Shown one piece after another: positions 57,570 to 64,000 of a stretch of DNA of 64,000 bases (the first letter of the stretch is position 1; every line of letters starts with the position of its first letter). Below the pieces are notes generated by a model that made no database searches, had not been told where the DNA came from, and saw nothing but the letters and a program-made list of their open reading frames with translations. Where the stretch lies: positions 1,961-65,960 of the forward strand of contig JBBQUQ010000002.1 in the NCBI GenBank assembly GCA_038212325.1. The letters are read 5' to 3'. The stretch is from Bacteroidales bacterium. Its GTDB lineage: Bacteria; Bacteroidota; Bacteroidia; Bacteroidales; FEN-979. The translations under genes and the position numbers were made by a program.

Positions 57570-59245
57570 TACCCCTTCAACTTCTTATACCTGATCCTGT
57601 GCGGCGCATCATCGCCCAAACGTTTTTTCTTGTTCTCTTCATAGTCGGAGTAAGAGCCTTCAAAGAAATACATCTGGGAATTTCCCTCAAAAGCCAGGAT
57701 GTGGGTAGCAACGCGGTCGAGAAACCACCGGTCGTGGGAGATGATCACGGCGCAGCCGGCAAAGTTTTCAAGGCCCTCTTCCAGGGCGCGCAGCGTGTTC
57801 ACATCGATGTCGTTGGTGGGTTCATCAAGCAGCAGCACGTTTGCCTCCTCTTTCAGGGTAAGTGCCAGGTGGAGGCGGTTGCGCTCTCCGCCTGAGAGCA
57901 CCCCGCATTTTTTTTCCTGGTCGGCCCCGCTGAAGTTGAACCTTGCCACGTAAGCCCTGGCACTCATGGTTCGTCCGCCGATCTGCATGTTTTCGGCTCC
58001 GCCCGAAATAACCTGGAATACCGTCTTTTCAGGGTCGATGGAGGTGTGGCTCTGGTCGACATATCCCAGTTTAACGGTTTCGCCAACTTTGAACGAGCCC
58101 GAACCCGATGTTTCAGCGCCCATGATCATCCTGAACAGGGTGGTTTTGCCAGCCCCGTTCGGGCCGATAACACCTACAATTCCAGCGGGGGGCAATGAAA
58201 AGCTCAATCCTTCGAACAGGAGCTTGTCGCCGAACGATTTCGAAACATCCATGGCCTCAATGACCATGGTTCCGAGCCTTGGGCCGTTCGGAATGTATAG
58301 CTCCAGCCGTTCTTCCTTCTCCCTGACATCTTCGCTCATCATCTTTTCATAAGCATTGAGCCTGGCTTTCCCCTTTGCCTGGCGGGCCTTGGGCGACATG
58401 CGCACCCAGTCAAGTTCCCGTTCAAGGGTTTTGCGCCGTTTGCTTTCCGTTTTTTCTTCCATGGCCAGGCGGTTTGATTTCTGTTCGAGCCAGGAGGTGT
58501 AATTTCCCTGCCAGGGAATTCCCTCTCCACGGTCGAGTTCAAGGATCCACCCGGCCACGTTGTCGAGGAAATACCGGTCGTGGGTGATGGCGATCACGGT
58601 ACCTTTGTATTGTTGGAGATGCAGTTCAAGCCATTGAACCGACTCCGCGTCAAGGTGGTTGGTTGGCTCATCAAGCAACAGAATTTCAGGCTCCTGCAAC
58701 AGGAGCCGGCACAGCGCCACCCTGCGCCTTTCCCCACCCGAAAGATTTTTCACGGAGCTGTCGGGATCCGGGCATCTCAGGGCATCCATGGCCCGCTCCA
58801 GCTTGCTGTCAAGATCCCATGCCCCATGCTGGTCAAGCAGTTCGGTAAGTTCGCCCTGCCGTTTGATCAGTTTGTCCATCTCATCATCTCCCAGGGGTTC
58901 GCCGAATTTTTGATTAACCTCCTCATATTCTTTAAGCAGGCTTACCACTTCATGGGCTCCCTCTTCCACGATCTGCCGAACGGTTTTGGTATCGTCGAAC
59001 TGGGGGTCCTGTTCAAGATACCCCACTGAATAGCCGGGTGAAAATACCACCTCGCCCAGGAAAGATTTCTCAACGCCCGCTATAATTTTGAGGAGCGTTG
59101 ATTTTCCGGAACCGTTCAACCCGATGATGCCGATCTTGGCACCATAATAAAAAGAGAGGTAGATGTTCTTCAGCACCTGCTTCTGGGGCGGATAGGTTTT
59201 GGTGACACCCACCATGCTGAAGATGATTTTTTTATCGTCGGACAT
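57569..59245 (-). CDS. ettA: ABC-F translational throttle protein EttA
   Basis: Two ABC cassettes (GLNGSGKST...LSGGERRR; GPNGAGKTT...LSGGERNR), an EttA-length protein and the typical MSDDKKIIFSM... start. Confidence 0.93.
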   Translation of the reverse strand: MSDDKKIIFSMVGVTKTYPPQKQVLKNIYLSFYYGAKIGIIGLNGSGKSTLLKIIAGVEKSFLGEVVFSPGYSVGYLEQDPQFDDTKTVRQIVEEGAHEVVSLLKEYEEVNQKFGEPLGDDEMDKLIKRQGELTELLDQHGAWDLDSKLERAMDALRCPDPDSSVKNLSGGERRRVALCRLLLQEPEILLLDEPTNHLDAESVQWLELHLQQYKGTVIAITHDRYFLDNVAGWILELDRGEGIPWQGNYTSWLEQKSNRLAMEEKTESKRRKTLERELDWVRMSPKARQAKGKARLNAYEKMMSEDVREKEERLELYIPNGPRLGTMVIEAMDVSKSFGDKLLFEGLSFSLPPAGIVGVIGPNGAGKTTLFRMIMGAETSGSGSFKVGETVKLGYVDQSHTSIDPEKTVFQVISGGAENMQIGGRTMSARAYVARFNFSGADQEKKCGVLSGGERNRLHLALTLKEEANVLLLDEPTNDIDVNTLRALEEGLENFAGCAVIISHDRWFLDRVATHILAFEGNSQMYFFEGSYSDYEENKKKRLGDDAPHRIRYKKLKG

Positions 59246-59289
59246 AATTGTTAGTGGCTAAAGTTAATGATGAAGATTTTATTTTATAT

Positions 59290-59375
59290 GGTGACAAGGT
59301 GACAGAGTGACAAGGTGACTGGGTAACAGCGTAACTGGAAATAAGGTAATAAAGTGACAGGTTGACAATGTAACC
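59290..59375. repeat. 8-nt tandem repeat array A, about 11 degenerate copies (GGTGACAR / GGTAACAG type)
   Basis: GGTGACAA GGTGACAG AGTGACAA GGTGACTG GGTAACAG CGTAACTG ..., read directly. The unit is the reverse complement of the array B unit. Confidence 0.9.
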
Positions 59376-59397
59376 ATTTATTAAGTAATTTATAGGT

Positions 59398-59601
59398 GAG
59401 TCCGGTATAAAAACTCATCAATTTTGAATTGCCAATAGCTTTAGCTATTGGTTAGAGGTGGGAAATGAACTCGGCTTTAGCCAAATAATTGACATTTAAT
59501 TGTTTGGCTAAAGCCAATTATTTAATGAATTCCTCAAACCTCCAGCTAAAGCTGGAGGCAATTCATTTGGAAACAAATTTCATCCTTTTTATACTGGACT
59601 C
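59398..59601. repeat. palindromic, MITE/REP-like element of about 204 bp: two inverted units of about 100 bp, each carrying GCTTTAGC-core hairpins
   Basis: The ends GAGTCCGGTATAAAAA (59398-59413) and TTTTTATACTGGACTC (59586-59601) are inverted copies with 1 mismatch. Internal hairpins are CCAATAGC-TTTA-GCTATTGG (59432-59451), GGCTTTAGCCAAA / TTTGGCTAAAGCC (59473-59485 / 59503-59515) and CCTCCAGC-TAAA-GCTGGAGG (59539-59558). Confidence 0.75.
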
Positions 59602-59687
59602 ATCGATTGTTCTAAATGTTTGGATGATCAAAGGTGTATTTTTCCAGATCACCTGTCAGCCAGGCCATGGACTGTTCTATTTCCCAC

Positions 59688-59838
59688 TTCACTTAGTCAC
59701 CCCTGTTACTCTGTTACCCTGTTACCCTGTCACTCTGTTACTCTGTCACTCTGTTACCCTGTCACCCTGTTACTCTGTCACTCTGTTACCCTGTTACCCT
59801 GTTACCCTGTTACCCTGTTACCCCCCGTCACCCTGTAA
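59688..59838. repeat. 8-nt tandem repeat array B: 15 contiguous copies of CTGTYACY (59703-59822) plus degenerate flanks
   Basis: Read directly. It is inverted relative to array A. The last units supply the final codons and the stop of the glycosyltransferase at 59828-60988. Confidence 0.95.
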
Positions 59839-60988
59839 TCAGCCGGTTGATCTTCTCAGTTTCGGTTTCCCAGTTGAAATTCCGGTGAACAAAATCGTAT
59901 CCGCTTTGAGCGATTTCAGCGGCTTTAGCAGGGTTGTCGAGTAACATCAGGATGTGTGCTGCATACTCCTTTGGAGTTTGAGCAACGAGAATATCTTTCC
60001 CTTCCGTTGCATTCAATGCATTGAAGGCCAGCGGCGAAGTGATGCATGGGATCTTCATGGCCATGGCTTCAAGGAGTTTGTTCTGCAGGCCGGTCCCGAT
60101 CTGCATCGGGGCGATGAACACGCGCGCGCCAGCGTAACAGTCGCGCATGTCGGGCACCCAGCCGCTGACATCCACCTGTGCCGATTTGAGCACCATCACG
60201 CGCAGATGCGGGTTGGCGCCGGCAATGAGCAGGCGCAGGCCAGGCTTGTGGCGCAAAACTTCGGGGAGAATCTCATTTACCAGGAATTCAGCACTTTTAA
60301 TGTTGGGCGGGTAGCCCATGTTGCCTGTAAATACAAGGTCGTAGGTTTTCTCTGTATCCATCGGACGAAAAAACTCAGTATCCACTCCATTGGCAACAAC
60401 CACAATTTTATCCCGTTCAGGATGCGGTATCAGATCGCGGTCAGGCACCGAAATGATGATTGCATGATCGAATGCGTCGAATGCATCATGCTCATAACGG
60501 AGCAGCCGGTCATATTCGATCTTCAGGAAGGGTTTCAGGTAGAAAGGTGCAGTGGCAAACCTCCGTTCGATCCCTTTTGAGAACACATCCTGGTAATCGA
60601 GTGTTTTGGGGATCGGAACCCCTTTGACATATTCGGCAACCCGGATCAGCTGGCAAAAAAGGTGGTCGGGCTTATACTCTTCGATGAGCTTATGGATTTT
60701 TGCCGCGGAGGAGGTGTTGTAAAAATATCCGACCTGCAGCGGCTTGCCGGAAAACAAAGTCTTTACCAGGTTGAGGGCAATCGAAACTTTTGAGATAGGA
60801 ATGATATGGATGGCCTTCACAAATTTTTTGAGCACCTGGATGGCATCTTCATGCAGGTCGCCGTCATTCAGGGCGCACAGGATGATCTCATGATGTTTCG
60901 AAAGCTGTTTGATCTGGTGAAAGGCTCTCAGCTTATCTCCCTTTTCAGTGGGATAGGGGACCCTGGGCAATATAAAAAACAAACGCAT
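59828..60988 (-). CDS. GT4-family (GT-B fold) glycosyltransferase
   Basis: The MRLFFILPRVPYPTEKGDKLRAFHQIKQL N-terminus is typical of a GT4 subgroup. The C-terminal domain has the E-x7-E-like region (GTGLQNKLLEAMAM). Confidence 0.82.
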   Translation of the reverse strand: MRLFFILPRVPYPTEKGDKLRAFHQIKQLSKHHEIILCALNDGDLHEDAIQVLKKFVKAIHIIPISKVSIALNLVKTLFSGKPLQVGYFYNTSSAAKIHKLIEEYKPDHLFCQLIRVAEYVKGVPIPKTLDYQDVFSKGIERRFATAPFYLKPFLKIEYDRLLRYEHDAFDAFDHAIIISVPDRDLIPHPERDKIVVVANGVDTEFFRPMDTEKTYDLVFTGNMGYPPNIKSAEFLVNEILPEVLRHKPGLRLLIAGANPHLRVMVLKSAQVDVSGWVPDMRDCYAGARVFIAPMQIGTGLQNKLLEAMAMKIPCITSPLAFNALNATEGKDILVAQTPKEYAAHILMLLDNPAKAAEIAQSGYDFVHRNFNWETETEKINRLITG

Positions 60989-61030
60989 GAAGGTAGCTTG
61001 AATCAGGCAAAAGTATAAAAAACTGCGTTA

Positions 61031-62290
61031 TCAAAATAGTTGTTGATAAAAAGCAATCAATTTCCGGACAAGAATTTCAGGATTGTATTCTGTCGTGGCC
61101 AGTTGGTATGCCTGCTTCCCGATTTTTTCGCACAACGCCCGATCGGTGATGCAAATGGAAACAGCTTCGAAGAATTCACAGGGAACATCGGCAATCAGGA
61201 TGTTCCGGTGGGGAGTGTAACGGATTCCTTCGGCCCCCACGGAGGTGGAAATGATGGTTTTTCCGGCGGCCATCCCTTCAATAATTTTCACCCTGATCCC
61301 ACTTCCCGAGAACAATGGAACGACCATGACAGCTTTTGATGCGATAAACGCGGCTGAGTGGTCCACTTCGCCGGCCACGATCACGTTCGGAAGTTTCAGC
61401 GACTGCATCCAGCCCGGCATTCCGCGCCCGGCAATATAATATTTCAGGTCGGGGAATTGCCTGTGAACATCGGGCCACACCTCCTGCAGGAACCAGCGGA
61501 TCCCGTCCTGGTTCGGAATCCAGTTCATCGAACCCAGGGAGAATAGGGAGGGAAACTCAACGCCGGCAGGATCATGCTGGTATTTGCCTGCATTCACGCC
61601 GAACGGGATGTCAATGACCGCCGTATTTTTACATTTTGCATTTTGCATTTTGCATTTTACATTTTGCATGTTGCATGTTGCATTTCCTGTTTCTGCGAAG
61701 TTGCTGAAATACCCGGCATCGGTCGGGGTGATTGCCGCGATTCCATCCACCTGTGTCACACTTTCCAGCTCAAATTGTTCCAGGGCTATTGCCAGGTGAC
61801 GGAGGTACCATTTTTTCACCGGATTTTTTGTTTCCTCAGCAATCCGCTGCCAGATGAGGTGTTCGATGTTATGCGCCCGAAGAACGATTTTTGCCTGGCT
61901 GTGCTGCCTGATTGTTTCGATATACGGGCACATGAACACGGTTTCAAGCTGAACAATATCGAATTCACTGCTCCTGAGAATTTCGCGCATCCGGTTCCTG
62001 AATTTCCCGGAAACAAAGCGTGCCACGTGGTATGATTTGCCGGCAACGAGGCTGAGGAGGGCGCCGGCGGGTTTGATCCGCAGGTCGACATCGATGAGTT
62101 CGATCCCTGTCTGGTTCCGGTAACCTCCGGGGATGTCAGATTCTTTAACATTATATTTAAACGAGTTTACGGCAAGCACTTTAACCTGGTGACCTTCCGC
62201 AAGCAAGCCTTCGATGAGCATGTTCATGGCCATCGGCCCGCCTTCTTTGGGAGGCCAGGGCGATTTGTTGCAAAGAAAGAGGATTCTCAT
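61031..62290 (-). CDS. GT4-family glycosyltransferase carrying an in-frame heptanucleotide-repeat insert
   Basis: MRILFLCNKSPWPPKEGGPMAM..., two Rossmann-like halves, and C-terminal GSGIRVKIIEGMAAG. The ATG at 62290 overlaps the upstream stop (ATGA). Confidence 0.82.
   Translation of the reverse strand: MRILFLCNKSPWPPKEGGPMAMNMLIEGLLAEGHQVKVLAVNSFKYNVKESDIPGGYRNQTGIELIDVDLRIKPAGALLSLVAGKSYHVARFVSGKFRNRMREILRSSEFDIVQLETVFMCPYIETIRQHSQAKIVLRAHNIEHLIWQRIAEETKNPVKKWYLRHLAIALEQFELESVTQVDGIAAITPTDAGYFSNFAETGNATCNMQNVKCKMQNAKCKNTAVIDIPFGVNAGKYQHDPAGVEFPSLFSLGSMNWIPNQDGIRWFLQEVWPDVHRQFPDLKYYIAGRGMPGWMQSLKLPNVIVAGEVDHSAAFIASKAVMVVPLFSGSGIRVKIIEGMAAGKTIISTSVGAEGIRYTPHRNILIADVPCEFFEAVSICITDRALCEKIGKQAYQLATTEYNPEILVRKLIAFYQQLF
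61631..61686. repeat. 7-nt tandem repeat, 8 copies (ACATTTT GCATTTT x3 ACATTTT GCATGTT x2 GCATTTC) inside a CDS
   Basis: Read directly. On the coding strand it translates as ...NATCNMQNVKCKMQNAKCKN.... Confidence 0.9.
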
Positions 62291-63720
62291 TGCCGGCGAT
62301 CCTTTCTGGTAAATACCTTTCTGATGATGCTCTTCCATGCATCTAGATCGAACAGGGAGGCGTCGTTTGTTGCCTTGATGGTAAGAAATATTCCGATAGG
62401 CATGAGCACCGCCGAGGAGAGCCAGATTCCCTGCCAGGGAGGCAGAACACCTTCCACAGCATATTTTTCACCCACAAATGAGATCACCCAGAAAAGGATA
62501 AAAAAGAGCGTGGATATCACGGCAGGCATTCCCAATCCCCCTTTCCGGATGATCGCTCCAAGGGGAGCCCCGATAAAAAACAACAGGAAACAGGCGATTG
62601 AAAAGGAGAATTTTTTATGATATACAATCTGGTGTTTATAGATCAGTTTACTTTTATTATAAATGGATTCCTTGCTGCCTTCAAGGTTTTCCCTGGCACT
62701 TTTCGCAGAATTCACAGCCGTCTCCATGATTTTCCGGCGGTTTTCGGCTTTATAATTATACAGAACAGCAGGGTTGAACCTTGACAGTGAGTCGGTAATG
62801 CCTTGATAAACCTGTTCCTTCCTGTCAGCAAAATGCAGGCTGCTGATGAAACTCTTCTCATACGATTTGCGCTCTTCCAGGAATTGCGTTTTGATGGAGT
62901 CGATGGCTTTGCTCAACTGGCTGATATTCTGCATTTCGTAATTCTTCTTGAACAGGCTTTCATCTGTTCTGGAAAGCTGGAAAGCAGAGAGGTCGAACAT
63001 CTGGTATTGATCAGTAAAGTTGGTGCGCTGAAAAGGATGGGTGGATGCACTGTTCCGCAAATCGACCCTTTCCTCGTAATTCGTGCCATTGTACAGGCGG
63101 AAAACTAAAAACCTCTTGTCGGGCGAAAGCTCCATCTTTCCCCATTCTGCAGTGGTAAGGGAGATGTTCCCCAGGTGTTTTGTGTGATCGTACACCATCA
63201 CGTCGCGGATTGTGTTCCCGTCTTCCTCTTTTTTGCCGATCCTGATGACAAACCCTTCAATGCCGGGATAAAAAACGCCCTCTTTCAGGTTAAAGGCAAG
63301 CTTTTTTTCCCGGATGTCGAACAGCAGCGAATGAAATTTAAGGTTGGCAAACGGCAATACCACATTGGAAAAGTAAAATGCAGTTGCGCTCACGCAGATG
63401 GAAACCACGATAAGCGGCCGCATGATCCGGCTCAGGCTGATCCCGGCAGCTTTCATGGTCACCAGTTCATAGTGTTCGCCAAGGTTGCCGAACATCATCA
63501 GGGATGAAAGCAGGATTGCCAGGGGCAACGCGAGCGGTACAAACGTGGATGAGGCATAGAACAGCAGCTTGACGATGATATACCATTCGAGCCCTTTTCC
63601 CACCAAGTCGTCGATGTACTTCCATACGAACTGCATCAGCAGAATGAACAGCGCAATGAAAAATGTCATGACCAAGGGGCCGAGGTAAGATTTTAATATA
63701 AAAAGGTCCAGTTTTTTCAT
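62287..63720 (-). CDS. LptF/LptG-family (YjgP/YjgQ) permease
   Basis: MKKLDLFILKSYLGPLVMTFFIALFILLMQFVWKYIDDLVGKG is the canonical family N-terminus. Layout is TM-periplasmic domain-TM. ATG at 63720. Confidence 0.85.
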   Translation of the reverse strand: MKKLDLFILKSYLGPLVMTFFIALFILLMQFVWKYIDDLVGKGLEWYIIVKLLFYASSTFVPLALPLAILLSSLMMFGNLGEHYELVTMKAAGISLSRIMRPLIVVSICVSATAFYFSNVVLPFANLKFHSLLFDIREKKLAFNLKEGVFYPGIEGFVIRIGKKEEDGNTIRDVMVYDHTKHLGNISLTTAEWGKMELSPDKRFLVFRLYNGTNYEERVDLRNSASTHPFQRTNFTDQYQMFDLSAFQLSRTDESLFKKNYEMQNISQLSKAIDSIKTQFLEERKSYEKSFISSLHFADRKEQVYQGITDSLSRFNPAVLYNYKAENRRKIMETAVNSAKSARENLEGSKESIYNKSKLIYKHQIVYHKKFSFSIACFLLFFIGAPLGAIIRKGGLGMPAVISTLFFILFWVISFVGEKYAVEGVLPPWQGIWLSSAVLMPIGIFLTIKATNDASLFDLDAWKSIIRKVFTRKDRRQ

Positions 63721-63879
63721 GCACAAAATTACAGTCGATGCAAAGATAATGAATAACGCAAAGGTTATAGTTGTATTTTTGTCGGGTATGAAACAGGCCG
63801 GATGGCCGAGTGTCATGCGGGTAATGGATAGGCGCCGGGAGTGTTTTTAACTGAAATTGTCAGTTATTAAAGTTTAGGT

Positions 63880-64000
63880 ATGATGAAGATAATTGAAGTC
63901 GCTGCCAAACAAACGCGCAGGCAATTCCTGTCGCTGGTGGAAAAAATTTACCAGGGTGATCCCTATTACGTAAGGCCGCTTGATTCGGAAGTTGAATCGG
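63880..64000 (+). CDS. 5' end of a fourth, more divergent member of the GNAT-like family (partial; runs off the window)
   Basis: MMKIIEVAAKQTRRQFLSLVEKIYQGDPYYVRPLDSEVES aligns with the N-termini of paralogs 1 and 2 (I.[KE]V......[LR][KR].F......[LI][YF].G[ND].[FY][WY][CV].P[LM]...E). Confidence 0.45.
   Translation, partial: MMKIIEVAAKQTRRQFLSLVEKIYQGDPYYVRPLDSEVES

Noticed and set aside
59290-59838. CRISPR array
   Set aside because: The repeat unit is only 8 nt, the copies are contiguous with no spacers, and no cas genes are present. These are simple tandem repeats.
59489-59944. Plus-strand ORFs (151 aa and 72 aa) encoding VTLLPCYP-type repeats
   Set aside because: They are translations of the 8-nt tandem array (8 x 3 = 24 nt gives an 8-aa periodic peptide). 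They overlap the 3' end of a well-supported minus-strand glycosyltransferase and have no start context or family resemblance.

Overview
64-kb chromosomal segment with Bacteroidota hallmarks: a SusC/SusD pair, TonB-dependent receptors with carboxypeptidase-regulatory N-domains, DUF4296 and DUF5686 families, an Spt-type alpha-oxoamine synthase, and TAnnTTTG -7 promoter boxes 25-65 nt upstream of many start codons. I support about 60 protein genes, one initiator-type tRNA-Met, two decayed genes and several short-repeat arrays. I saw no rRNA, CRISPR, transposase, integrase, or recognisable defence or toxin-antitoxin genes. Most genes are housekeeping (era, der, dtd, pdxJ, tatA/tatC, queA, lptB, kdsD, recQ, deoC, hisS, ettA, pssA). 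Regions worth a second look: (1) 10.0-13.9 kb, an operon of a lysine-2,3-aminomutase-type radical SAM enzyme, two Ddl-like ATP-grasp ligases and a GNAT, which matches no beta-lysine pathway I know. (2) 17.5-26.4 kb, a sulfur/redox island: SQR-DUF1641-TusE/DsrC-DsrE, an FNR-like regulator with a 4-Cys pattern, a NifX-like / class-V PLP enzyme / CysK-like operon with Cys-rich C-terminal tails, and a Cys/Gly-rich secreted protein next to an ECF sigma module. (3) 42.5-48.4 kb, an Spt / GNAT-like / SDR / GNAT-like lipid cluster plus a decayed third paralog. (4) A histidine-ammonia-lyase-like gene whose MIO triad reads Ala-Cys-Gly instead of Ala-Ser-Gly. (5) A family of 7-9-nt tandem repeat arrays, one lying in frame inside a glycosyltransferase gene. 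(6) At 59.3-59.8 kb, two inverted octamer arrays flanking a palindromic pair of hairpin units that show compensatory stem changes. All calls come from reading the translated ORFs and the DNA by eye. No database search was run, so family names are recognition-based and functional links are inference. Track ORF coordinates include the stop codon. Several track ORFs begin at TTG or GTG, and I trimmed those to the first plausible ATG where one exists.
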